Assembly: GCA_053919585.1 (NCBI GenBank)
Contig: CM132813.1
Reading direction: 5' to 3' (one strand)
DNA length: 64,000 nucleotides
From: Euprymna scolopes
Lineage: Eukaryota
Shown here: piece after piece, positions 23,857-35,342 of the stretch
Layout: each line of letters opens with the position of its first letter
How positions within the stretch are numbered: position 1 is the first letter of the stretch
Notes under the pieces: generated by a model
Database searches by the model: none
Told to the model about the DNA's origin: nothing
The model's input: the letters and a program-made list of their open reading frames with translations, nothing else
Position numbers and translations under genes: made by a program

Positions 23857-24430
23857 AGTTTGAAAAGATACACCTGAAGAACATTGGCCGAAACATAAAA
23901 ACAACTAAACAAGATCAAAACACTGCATCTTGAATGCTATTTTTCACAACGTTTCAGTCGATGTCTTCAACTTCTTCAAGTATATTTTGTCAAACTCACA
24001 CATCTTTCTGTTGAACTTTAGAATCTGTACAATTTCAGATGGAGTCTTTTATTTAATCCATGGAGGTAGCATGCTCTCGTTCCATCAGCCATGACTGGGA
24101 GAAGTTCTAAGTTCATTTACAATTGTACTTTCACTCATAGCATAGTAGATAAAGTACTTTGTAAAATGTAGTCATAAATTATGCTCAGCGCTGGTGACAC
24201 TCAAAATATGATTGCGAATTACTTAGGATTTCTATCCAGTCGTGGCTGATGAAATGACAACATGTTAGCCTGTTGATTAAATAAACGGTGCAATTTGAAA
24301 TCCCATGCAGATTTGAGTTTGACAAAATGCATCTGAAGATAGTCAGAGAGTACATTGACCGAAACATTGTGAAAATAACATTTAAAATGAGAACAATAGT
24401 TCGAAGAATTAATCAATGCTCATCTCAAAA
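23857..24430. mobile_element. Cluster of family P1 palindromic Penelope-derived pieces
   Basis: Inverted arms and cores; hammerhead-like CTGAAGA-TA-GTCA-N10-TGAC-C-GAAACATTGTG at 24333-24371. Confidence 0.65.
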
Positions 24431-24606
24431 TTCAGAAACACAAGATAAAAACAGCAATTAGAATCATTAATCTCAAAAAATTCCGGAGCATAGCAGTTTT
24501 TATGTTTTCATTAAAATAAGAGATAAGTGATGATAATAATAATAAATGTATATATATAAATAATAATAGACAATAATGATGACGATAATGGTTAATGACG
24601 ACGATA

Positions 24607-24621
24607 ATTAATAATAATAAT

Positions 24622-24670
<49 letters not shown>
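24607..24670. repeat. (AAT)n microsatellite
   Basis: Direct inspection. Confidence 0.95.
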
Positions 24671-24671
<1 letters not shown>

Positions 24672-25263
24672 TGTAAACTGATGAGATGGATTCACATTCC
24701 ACGATTTCTTTTTGTTTTCTTTTTTAGTTATTTCAGAAATATTACCAAATATTCCAAGTAATGAAACTAAAATCAGAAATTAAAAACAATGCATTTCAGA
24801 ATATTGTTTTGTCTATGTGAAGGAGGATTTATTTATCTTTCTTTCTGTGTAGAAATATTTAGCTGATCTGTTAAAACAAAAAAGAATGATAATTATAAAG
24901 ATATTACATATTGCATTCAGAGTGAAGTAAATGTAAAATGAAGAACTACCAAACTCAAGTTATTTGTAAAAATATACACAATTGTGCTCAGTGTTATGAA
25001 AAGTAGACCTGTTGAATTATAATGCAACTCATTTGACCTAATAGTCTCTTAAGAGACTATTACCTTAGTACAACCTTTGTGTTAAAGCAATTTGCTCTGA
25101 ATACACATGTGTCCAAGGAAGAGACCTTCCTGAATGTAAGCAGAAAACATCTCCAAAGTTTGTTTTTTTAATTTATTTTTTGTTTATTTCATTTTACTTC
25201 AGTCGAAGTTCTAAGAAGTCAAGTGTCCCCTTCCTGAGGCTAACACTTGATTTCTATATGAAA

Positions 25264-26194
25264 CTAGCAGTTCACCCCGGCTTTGCTCGGGTCCTACATA
25301 CTATTCATAACTTTCCCTGCATGTGAATACACTATGTAAAATTTCAAATGTTTAGACCAAAATTTGTCTGAGTAATTTCGTAGAGACCGCAGAGGTAAAT
25401 TTTTTTTTTTTTTATTATACTTTAACCCCAATTTTGACTACATAACATTATTTGGGTCACAAATCAAAATACAAAGTTTTATCCAATTTCAAGTCTTTAG
25501 ACCCAAAATTGGTGGAGGAATTTGGTAGAATCTGCAAAGGTCAACTCTTTCAACTTTGACCTTTTGGAAGCCAAATCTTCGTCCCACCCCAAAAGAAAAA
25601 AAAATGATTAAAATGCTTGCCGCATGTCTCAATACCCGTCATGCATAAATTTCAAATGTTTAGACTCAAAATTGACTGAGTAGTTTGCTAGACACCACAA
25701 AGGTAAAATCTTTTGAACTTTGACCCCTTGGCAGCTAAAATTTTCAACCCAAACCGATTAGAAAGCTTGCCTATCTCTGAATACCCTTTATGTAAAATTT
25801 TAAATATTTAGACCAGAAATGGACGGAGTAATTTGGTAGAGACCGCAGGTCTAATTTTTTTTTTTTAACTTTGACCACTTAACATTTATTTTTGGGGGCT
25901 CAAATCAAATTAAAAAGTTTGATCCATGCCCAAGTAACCTACATTTAAAATTTCAAGTGTTTAGACCCAAAATTGTTGGGATTTGGTAGAGTTTTCAAAG
26001 GTCAAATCATTGAACTTTGACCCCTTGACAGCTATATTTCTGTTGGAAAACCGATTTAAAAGATTTTCCCAAATCTCAATACTCCTTAAGTCAAATCTCG
26101 AGTCTCTAGACCGAAAATTGACAGTTATTTGGTAGGGAAATGTACACAGACAGACACATAGACATTTTCACATATATATATATATATATATATA
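25264..26194 (-). mobile_element. Non-autonomous Helitron with an internal ~150-bp tandem array (6 units)
   Basis: CTAG plus hairpin CCCCGGCTTTGCTCGGG; anchor AATTTCAA...TTTAGAC at ~25340, 25485, 25648, 25796, 25949 and 26094; CAGA/TA microsatellite end. Confidence 0.8.
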
Positions 26195-26612
26195 CTAGCA
26201 TGGGGGCCCGGTGTTGCTTGGGTGTTTGGGGGTGTATGCTGAGAAAAAAAAAAAAAAACAGTCAATTTTTTTTTTAACTTTGACCCCTATTATGACCCCT
26301 TAAGATTTATTCTTTTGGGCTCAAATCAAGTTATTAAGTTAGATCCATGTCCAAGGAACCTATATCTAAAATTTCAAGTGTTTAGACCCAAAATTGTCGA
26401 AGGAGTTTGGTAGAGTTCTCAAAGGTCAAATCGTTGAACTTTGACCTCTTAACAGACAAATTTCTGGCCGAAAACCGATCATAGATTTTCCCAAATCTCA
26501 GTACACTGTATATCAAATTTCGAGTCTGTAGACTAAAAATTGACAGAGTTATTACATAGGGAAATGTACACAGACAGACACACAGACAAGTTCACTTTTA
26601 TAGATATATAGA
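26195..26612 (-). mobile_element. Second Helitron unit, head-to-tail with the previous one
   Basis: CTAG at 26195, hairpin CCCGGTGTTGCTTGGG, two 150-bp units, ACAGACAGACAC...TATAGAT end. Confidence 0.8.
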
Positions 26613-27099
26613 TAGATACATAGATATTTGAATATTCTATTAAAGCTTTCCTTTATCTCTCAAGCGTTGAGTTAGTAAGGAAATTAACATTAATTTTGCT
26701 TTCCATAATTGACCAGTTAATTAGCTTATAGTATATCTTCTTTGTGGTCTTTTGGTCTTAGCGGATTCCACAACAAAAGTTTATCTAGTCTGCTTAACTA
26801 CCATTCCTTGTACAAGGTGCACCATTCCTTGTACAAGCCAGCATGAATTACACATACTGAGTGGTCATATTTGAATTAGAAAGATTATATTATTTTGAAT
26901 ATTTGGTTGGGATTTAACTGTGAGGAAGCATGCTCATGCCAGATTGTTCTGACAACCCTCTGAGAGGAGAGACCTTACACACTTAAGGACAGTCTCTTGT
27001 AGGCATTCAAGTTCAAAGTTTTTTCACTTTTTTTTTTGTTTTTCTTTTCACTGGGGATGGGGCATCTTACCGGATGCTATACATTTAATCAAAATCTAT

Positions 27100-27330
27100 T
27101 AAATTCCAACCAAGGGATTTAAGATTCTAACTGTACCTTTAATGCAATTGTTTGTATCTTTCTTGCAGTTGGTTCACCGGATATATTTGCCAAATAGTTC
27201 TTGAAATTCTTTTTCAAGAGTTCATTTGCTCCTATAATTACTGGAATGATGGAGATCTTCCTAAAATTCCAGTTTCTTTTTATGTCATACATAAAACCTT
27301 GGTATTTTGTTGTTTTTTTCTCTCTCAGTT
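27100..27330 (-). mobile_element. R4/Dong-type LINE 3' remnant (empty-site paralog of the 13484 MITE insertion)
   Basis: IIPVIIGANELLKKNFKNYLANISGEPTARKIQTIALKGTVRIL on the minus strand; single GTGAACCAA. Confidence 0.65.
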
Positions 27331-27893
27331 CTGTTTAAACCAACATCATTGGGGACGCTAACTTCTACCAAGGTTGCTTCTTTTTACTGTCCCATATCAC
27401 TATGTCAGATTTAATTGTTTCATTTTCTAGGTACGTAACAAAAGAAATTGCATAGCCATAATGACATTTTACATGATTTTCTCATCCGACTAATAACTAT
27501 CACATCAACCCACAAAAGCTATGGCACTGTGGTAGTGGCATGCAGTTCTGATGATGATGATCAGGGCCAACTCCTTAATTGTATGACCCGAAGATTCAAG
27601 TAGTGGGAAAAATGAGAAAGTGGGATAGTTTTAAAATGATTTGATGTTCCAATCCTCAGTTTATCTTTCCAGGACGACCACCCTGTCAGCCCTCTTCTCT
27701 CTCTGCATGTAACTTCGCTGCAGTTTTCACTGGTTGGCATATCTGAATTGTCACAATACAAAATACTTCAACCCACCATGTGATTGACACACACAATTAC
27801 TACATGCCATACTGACACTTGGGTAACACGGTACGAGGACAACATTGGGTATTTACAAGGCTAACACTCAAGAGGCTCACTTGACAACAGACA

Positions 27894-27947
27894 TCACATG
27901 TCAGGGCTTGCCTCGATTTTCTCTCTCCTAATCTCAAATAATAACAC
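27894..27947 (-). CDS. Candidate terminal coding exon (VLLFEIRREKIEASPDM* in phase 0, or GVII* in phase 1)
   Basis: Acceptor cttattgtttcag at 27948-27960, followed by ~500 bp of non-repetitive UTR-like sequence. Confidence 0.3.
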   Translation of the reverse strand: MLLFEIRREKIEASPDM

Positions 27948-28191
27948 CTGAAACAATAAGATTTCTCCACGAACATCTGACCGATAGTAGGTTATTCTAA
28001 ATGTCTCTGGTCTGGTAATAATTCATGAACTTTCTTCAATTTACAAGTGCCTCACCATTACCACTATTTGAGGAAATGCGTTGAGCCTGCAAGTTATGGG
28101 GTGCAAATCAGGTGAAAGCTCCTAGCATTTATATATTGTTTAGAAATAGAAAAGTTTTATCAATTAACTATTATTTGTTGTTACTAGTTAC

Positions 28192-28241
28192 TATATTGAA
28201 TAAATTTTAACTTGTTAACAAGTTAAAATTTATTCAATATA
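28192..28241. repeat. Perfect 50-bp spacerless palindrome
   Basis: TATATTGAATAAATTTTAACTTGTT|AACAAGTTAAAATTTATTCAATATA. Confidence 0.97.
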
Positions 28242-28699
28242 TCTGTTTCCTTTTTTTAAATTTTTTTTAATCCCATATCAATTAACAATACGACACAAAT
28301 TTAAATAAAATGCAAACAAATATTTTGCTGCTCATCTCCCCACTTAGGATACCCCCTGTAAATATGGCCACTAATTAGTGTAGCAATATGCTATGCTTGG
28401 CAATGAAACAAAAAAAAAATCAGTAAAAGTATAGTCTATTTACTTGCCTCCGTATGAGATTAGATACAAGGTCAGTTTTTAAAGTGAAGAAAATCAAGCA
28501 TTCTGGATTGGGATAAAAATAAGAATTGCCTTAGTCTAGAAGGATCTCTCTTTCAGTGACCGAGGACAGAAAAGAAAGTTTAGTATAAATACTACACTTT
28601 GCTCCTAGCCAAAAGGCCAAGGAAAATTGTCTTTGCCAAAGTAAGATTTTTGTTCCCCACCAGATAGGACAGTATAGTACAATCCTCTTAGTTGGCAAG

Positions 28700-29087
28700 T
28701 TTGGTTGTTTTGTTTTATGGCATATCAACCCTTTTTGGATTATTTAATGCCAAATCTAGTTAATTTTTTTATAACTCAAGTTTTTTTTATATTTTTAAAC
28801 ATTCATTCATGGAGTTTGGTTTGATTGTTTTGTAGAAGAAAATTGTTTTCAACTTTGTAGAATCTGAGTTTTGCAAAGGGAAAGAAAGAAAACAATAGCA
28901 TCAATGTTTGATGCATTTTTGGTCAGGAAGCCAGTATTTATAGACTGTCTGTCTGGTAGCACCAGATGTCCTTACAGATATCACCATTCTGAGCAACAGG
29001 GAAGCTGGGAGCAATGATAGCTAAGGGGCAACTCTACATTCCTCAAATGGGGCCTCACAACTGGATGTCTTAAGCTTATACCCAAGA
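28700..29087 (-). mobile_element. Diverged copy of SINE family S
   Basis: Tail piece at 28700-28760 and head piece at 28978-29087 match 60472-60744; another decayed copy lies at ~29478-29705 (+). Confidence 0.55.
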
Positions 29088-29298
29088 TCTCTGGATAAAG
29101 GACGATGAAGATGAAAGTTAGATAGCTACAGTTAGATAGAATGTTAGATACTATAGAGAGAGAGAGTAGGGGGGGGATAAAAGTATAGAACCCTAAGACT
29201 TGAGAACAAATACATGTAAGCAACGTCATTCAATATTTAGGTTACAAGCTCTTTTAAAAGACACTGAAAATTGAAAAGCAAACTAAGCTCTTACTCAC

Positions 29299-29355
29299 CT
29301 CTTGCCCCAAGCATGACACAAAAGTGTTTCCAACACACTTGAGTAAGATGTTCAA
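29299..29355 (-). CDS. Candidate 57-nt internal exon (LNILLKCVGNTFVSCLGQE or xEHLTQVCWKHFCVMLGARx)
   Basis: gggtttatag|...GGGCAAGAG|gtgagt; strong donor, length 3n, not repeated in the window. Confidence 0.5.
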
Positions 29356-29870
29356 CTATAAACCCATCAACAAAGTCATTTGTTTTCTTTTTTTTCTCTC
29401 TATTTTTATTTATTTTTTAATTTTTTTTTTAAATTCTGCCTAATTGATTTCCCAACCTACCAGACTATTAAAGTCTCTGGTTATGCCAAAACTGCACCCA
29501 GTGAGGGACCCAATTTGAGAACTTTGGAAAGCGCCAAGTTATCCTTTAGTTACCACTTCTCTCAGGTCTACTGACCCTATCTATGGGTTAAATAGGAACT
29601 ACTGTTTACAGATTGACAAAACATCAATCATCTACAAAACGTACGTACGGTTTGGGTATAAAATGAGAAACGATAGTTAATATGCTATAAAACCCAACAA
29701 GTAACTAAGTTATTCACTTTACAAGTGGAGCATCGAAACAAAAAACAGTTCAGATAAAATAGTTCACGCCTGGATTTTCCGGAATCCAATTAAATCTTCT
29801 AAGTGAATAAATACAAAAGGTTTTTTTTCTCTTATTACCAACAAAATGACTCACTGTTACTTAAATCAAT

Positions 29871-30035
29871 NNNNNNNNNNNNNNNNNNNNNNNNNNNNNN
29901 NNNNNNNNNNNNNNNNNNNNNNNNNNNNNNNNNNNNNNNNNNNNNNNNNNNNNNNNNNNNNNNNNNNNNNNNNNNNNNNNNNNNNNNNNNNNNNNNNNNN
30001 NNNNNNNNNNNNNNNNNNNNNNNNNNNNNNNNNNN
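29871..30035. other. Assembly gap
   Basis: N run. Confidence 1.
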
Positions 30036-30350
30036 GAACCTCAAACACAGTAACTCCACGAATGTACTTGTCAAACACAGGAATATTTTTAATCACAATT
30101 TCGATCTAATAAACGGCACTTTCCTCAAAACTGGATATCTCTCTTATGCCGCAAGTTCATCAAAAGCACTCACATTCTCATCTAACGTTCACTTTAGTCT
30201 TGGTTTTTACTCCTGAACTCTATATCTTGCAAAACTCACTAAATGTAATATGGCCCACCATTGCACTATCAACCCTGGCAAAGTAATGCTTCTTTTTTTT
30301 TTAAATTAACGTTTTTATCTACGTTTTCCTTTTTTGTTGTTTTTCTTCCA
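30036..30350 (+). mobile_element. Penelope-like element remnant (end of GIY-YIG endonuclease region)
   Basis: NVLVKHRNIFNHNFD...GFY...LAKL resembles the PLE C-terminal ALxxH...HxFD motif. Confidence 0.5.
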
Positions 30351-30374
30351 ATATCTTTTCTCACACACTGCAGA

Positions 30375-30590
30375 TTTTCAAATAGTTACACACCTACCAA
30401 ACACATTTTCAAATAGTTACACACCTACCAAGCACATTTTCAAATAGTTACACACCTACCAAGCACATTTTCAAATAGTTACACACCTACCAAGCACATT
30501 TTCAAATAGTTACACACCTACCAAACATTTTCAAATAGTTACACACTTACCAAACACATTTTCAAATAGTTACACACCTACCAAACACAT
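30375..30590. repeat. 31-bp minisatellite, ~7 copies
   Basis: Unit TTTTCAAATAGTTACACACCTACCAARCACA. Confidence 0.95.
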
Positions 30591-31339
30591 TCACTTCTTG
30601 TTTCGTCGTTTTTCAATAAATTTCGAATTTTCACTTTATCTGAAAACATTCATTGATGTGATGAAATCAGACAATCTTACGATTTTTGTTTTGTTTTTAT
30701 TTTTTCATGTTTGTTTGGTCCATTCCATCCTTAGACATTTCATGAGATTACGTATTTTATTCTCACACTGTATATATAGAAGAAACCAAAATCTAAAACT
30801 ATTTGTATGCCTAATTTGCATAACTATTTTTAAACCGTTTATAATAAATTAATGTTTAGTGGCATACGTTTGTAATTTTATTATCCCATTTTCCTATATA
30901 TATGCAATAGTTTTGGCAATGTTAACAGTAATTAAAGTTATTTGATAAAAAAAGGTTTAAATTACCAAAATCTTTAAAATATTGTATGCATTTGTTTTCA
31001 AGTAAAATAATTTTAAAAACCATTGGTTGTTAAAATTACAATAGGTTAATAAGAAATCTATGCAATGTAAATACATTTACAAAGAAAATTTAGATTAATA
31101 GCCATTGTTTCTATTTATTTTAACTATTATAGCTCAGTCATCTTGAATATTGAAATCAATGAGAAATAATCACATCTTATCTGTAAAAAGGGAGAAAAAG
31201 GTACAAGAAAAAAAAACTGTTCATTTTTTTTATATAATCGGTTGCAATCAATGCAAGCTATATACAGAAATGTTCAAAGTTGATTTAGAATTAACAGTAT
31301 ATTTGTTGTCTGCTCCCTCGATTATACTAACATGCAGAA

Positions 31340-31545
31340 TTGTTTTAACGTTCTGTTCAAGTGTAAAAAGAAATTTTCGATAATCGCAAACGATTTCAAC
31401 TTCCAGAAGTCATTTTCAGGCGAATGATAAATTAAAACATTTCATTTAGTTTAATTCATCACTCATCTGAAGACAACTCATGGAAGTCGAAAACGTTTGC
31501 AACTATAGCGACATTTTTTACACTCAAACAGAACGTTCGAACATT
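31340..31545. mobile_element. Palindromic element (family P3) with hammerhead motifs in both arms
   Basis: AACGTTCTGTTCAAGTGTAAAAA / TTTTTACACTCAAACAGAACGTT; two-arm consensus CTGAAGA-T-GACTT-CTGG-AAGTC-GAAAACGTTTGC. Confidence 0.7.
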
Positions 31546-31638
31546 GACCCGCCAAATGAAAAAGATAGATCGCAAGAGAAACAAACAGAAATTATCCCTG
31601 CTGTTCAATGAAACATGCAAAAGAGAAAAAATGCTGCT

Positions 31639-31653
<15 letters not shown>

Positions 31654-31671
<18 letters not shown>

Positions 31672-32515
31672 TTACATTTTCACCCCAAACAAGGCAAATT
31701 GCCACTTTGGTGTAGGGGCTACTATCAGGGACAACAACTACTGGGGTACTATGTAGGGATTTGGGCAGCAAGGTGTCGGTTCACGTTACACTTGAACTTC
31801 TGCACGTTAGTACTGTTGGGGAAGCAGGGACCTGGAATGGAATTCCAGAGTCTTGCGGTTCTGGGGAAGAAACTATTGGAGTAAAAAGATCTTTTACATC
31901 TAGGGATCTCTACAGTGTGGGGGTGGGATCTAGTAGCCTGTCGGGTTTGTCGAGGGTGCTCGCGTCGTGGGGGCACAAGTGATTGCAGTTCGTCAGAGCA
32001 TTCACCACTAAAATACTTGTAGAAAAGGCAGAGGGATGCAACATTTCGTTGATGGGACAGAGGCTGAAGCTTAGATGCCAGTTCAGGGCCTATCAGGTTT
32101 GCGACTCTCTTTTGAACCTTGTCAAGGAGCGAGAGACTAGTAGCAGATGCACCAGCCCAGATGTGGCAGCAATACTCCATACATGGGCGAATGGTGGCCT
32201 TATAGAGGTACAGGATACTTTCGGGTGTTAGTAGTTTTCTAGCACAGTAGAGAGAGCCTACCTTTCTTGCAGCGGCCCTGGCAATGCCTTCAATGTAATT
32301 GTTCCAACTCATGTTTCCTGTGAACGTTAGGCCAAGGAGTTTGAAAGATGGACTCTCAGATAAAGAGTCGTTGGCCATTGCTATGGGTGGTAGAGAGGGT
32401 TTCTTGTAATTATTGAATGAAACTAGTTTAGTCTTGGCAGCATTGAACGCGACCAACCACTTTTGTCCCCATTCCACTACAGATTGGAGGTCTTCCTCTA
32501 GTGTTTCTGCCATTT

Positions 32516-32516
<1 letters not shown>
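31654..32516 (-). mobile_element. 5'-truncated young CR1/L2-group LINE with A-rich tail, inserted in (TA)n
   Basis: 254-codon open frame, short 3'UTR, poly(A) at ~31654-31670, (TA)n on both sides; same family as 47230-48911. Confidence 0.9.
31749..32513 (-). pseudogene. LINE ORF2 C-terminal fragment (end of RT domain and thumb)
   Basis: W...WLVAFNAAKTK, LLGLTF, LYKATIRPCMEYC, QPLSHQRNVASL, SFFPRTARLWN motifs; no upstream RT core. Confidence 0.88.
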
Positions 32517-32558
<42 letters not shown>

Positions 32559-32714
32559 CAGTTAAGATAGTAGGTAGTAGGTTCAATTGGCAGAGGAATG
32601 ACAAACCAAAAAACAGGAAGAAATGGCTTGAAAAAAAGAGGGATAAATAAAGGCCTGCCTACAGATAGATCAGTTTAAAAGTCAAGTTTTACGTCCGTTT
32701 CTGAATTTTTGAGA

Positions 32715-33140
32715 TGAGGATTGATTATTAAGGTTCTTTAGACTATTGTTCTAATTTTAAGTTATTTTCACAACGTTTCGACTGATGTATTTTTCAAGGT
32801 TCTTCAGGTGTATCTTGTCAAACTTTGGAATTATCCATGGCAGAGTGGAAAAAGTACTTGGTAAAAGTTAAACTCTTCTAGGTTGAAGATTTAATCCTCA
32901 GTGCAAGCAACACTCAAAATATAATTGCAAATTACTTAGGACTTCTACCCAGTCATGGCTGATAAAATGAGTTTGATACGCCCATAGATTAAAGAGTTCC
33001 GTTTGAAATCCTGTGCAGATTCCAAGAGTTCAACAGAAAGATTCCTAGATACATCTGAAGAAGGTTGGAACTTACAGCAACTGTAACATTGTGAGAATAA
33101 AACTCAAGATGAGAACAGTAGTCCAAAAAAATTCAAATAA
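32715..33140. mobile_element. Family P1 palindromic Penelope-derived element
   Basis: Left arm (minus) GATACAC-CTGAAGA...GAAACGTT-GTG; right arm GATACAT-CTGAAGA-AGGTTG...CAACT. Confidence 0.7.
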
Positions 33141-33226
33141 TATGAATCAATTTTTATTATTATTATTATGATCATCATGATCATAATAATAATAATAAAA
33201 ATTGATTCATATTATTTGAATTTTTT
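33126..33226. repeat. Perfect 101-bp palindrome (50-bp arms, 1-nt spacer)
   Basis: Arms 33126-33175 and 33177-33226 are exact reverse complements. Confidence 0.97.
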
Positions 33227-33674
33227 AGTTAATCATGTAAGTTGGAGTTCAGAGTGAAGTCCTATGCTTGAAAGAGCAGGTGAACATCTAGCAAATGTCA
33301 GAAGATGCAGAGAAAATAGGCTCAAGAAGAACTTACAAGTGACTGATAATTGACCTGGAAACTAAGTGTGCTCATCTTTCTGTTATTAGGAGCCACTGGC
33401 CAGTAAATTTGTTTGCCAAAATGAGAACAATTTTTCCAGTGTCAATCACTGGCATTAAAACTAAATTGTATAGCTATCAGCCTCAGAGGTACACCTGATG
33501 CGAAGAATAAATAATGAAGACAACCACAGCTACACTATATGATACGACTTCTTTGTTTCTTACAATCACAATCTGTCATCTGTTTTTGTTTTATGAAAGT
33601 ATTACCCGATGTTGACAGGCATATTTTCACACAGATTACCGCACCTTATTATTCTCATTATTGATCAGAATAAT

Positions 33675-33910
33675 AGACAGCATAATCACTTTGACATACT
33701 GGCCCTTGCTAGATGACCTAAGTTAAGCACTGTTCAGCCAGGACAGTACTAAAATGGGTGATCATTTAGCAATACCATATACTCTTTGCTTATCTCAACA
33801 TTGTTTCTCAGCTGTCCTGAACTTTTAATTACTGAAATTTAGCAGTGCCGACTAAGGAAAGGAGGTTAGGGATTGTACCGCCCTTGCTTCACAATTCCGC
33901 ATGCGGAATT
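33675..33910 (+). mobile_element. 5S-derived SINE, family 1 (older copy)
   Basis: AAGTTAAGCAC...AGTACTAAAATGGGTGA...GCTTATCTCAACATTGTTTC. Confidence 0.75.
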
Positions 33911-34034
33911 CATCATCGCTACATAATGATTGGATGGTCCTCGTTGTTTTGACGGACAAACATCCATTGATGTGAATGGTGAATAATCTTATTAATGGAG
34001 ATTTGGTATCTGCCTGTCTGAAGATGAACGCCAC

Positions 34035-34230
34035 TACAGTAGAATCCAAAATTTTATACAGTACATATTAAAAATTAGTAACAAAATACGGTATATAATA
34101 CACATTTATATAATCAAATAACATTATAAATTACATCGTAAGGCGGGGGCACATACCTTAACCAGGGGCCGGAAAAACATTGTATTCCACATCGTAATCT
34201 GAAAAAACCGTATCCCGGGATTCTATTGTA
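34035..34230. mobile_element. pogo/Tigger-type MITE
   Basis: TA-CAGTAGAATCC...GGATTCTATTG-TA. Confidence 0.7.
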
Positions 34231-35342
34231 TTATTATCTTTTAATCATCAATTCAGGGCTGAAATAATTCAATCATCAGTGCAGGCATTGAATGCTCTAT
34301 CTCCAGAAGTTCAAGTTTTACAACAGAATTTTATCAAGTACTGTATCCATACACCACAGGTCCTTGCGATTCAAAATTCAATGCAGATTCCCTAGTTCAA
34401 CAAGTATCATTAACATTGATTTAAAACATTCCTACATAGTTTTTACGTGAATTATGCCTTAAAAAAAAAAAATTAAAAAAAAAAAAAAGACATTTGTTGG
34501 AAGTTTGTGTATCCTAATTTTTAACAAATGCAGTGATATGATTGGTTATAGAAGCAAATTAGTAGTGTTGATCATAAAGTTTGTCTAACGAAATATATGA
34601 CTGGATATAATATGGAATCAATGAAATCGATTGGAATTCTTTTTTCATTATGTAAACAACACTGAAATTGAGAATCTGATCAACTTTTCTTTGCATGGAA
34701 AATGGTAGGTGCGAAGGGGACAAATGTGAAAATGAAAAGGGGAGGGTGTAATAAAAAAAATAGAATAAAAACATTTTTTAAGATGTGTCAATTTAATCTG
34801 TGCATTTAGTGATGAAAATACCATTTTAAACCGAGAGAATAACAAACGGACAAAGCCACTCTTAAGAGATGCTAGGACACTTAGAAAATTTTTTAAATTT
34901 TGGGAGGGAAAAAAAAACAAAAAGAAACCAAAGAATTTTCCACAAAAAGTAATTAGTCTAAGATTTTTATCTTGAATATTGATTTCAAAATGCACAAAGA
35001 ATACTTTGTCGTTGTAGTAGAAGCAATTTAAGCAAGCCAGACATCAAGGTCATGACCTCTGGATCTCAGATCAACCGGGAAGCAATTAAAAATAAATAAA
35101 AGATGAAAAGGCTATTTTTAGTAAAAAAAAAATTTTTTAAATTATATCTTCATGAAAAACAATGGATTTTGAAAATAAAAAAGAAAATTAAAGAAAAGCA
35201 GTTTCTGATTTTGTATAAACTAATGAGACTTTTTGGGTTTTTTTTTTGTTTTTACATAGGAGTTACCATTTATCAAGGCCAGAAGGTCACTTAAGGATAA
35301 AAGTTAATGCATGTACAGTTATGGAAATTGAGTAGAAATTGA

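Noticed and set aside
34256-34395. Plus-strand exon AEIIQSSVQALNALSPEVQVLQQNF
   Set aside because: Short open frame with an acceptor but no recognisable homology or supporting plus-strand exon chain.
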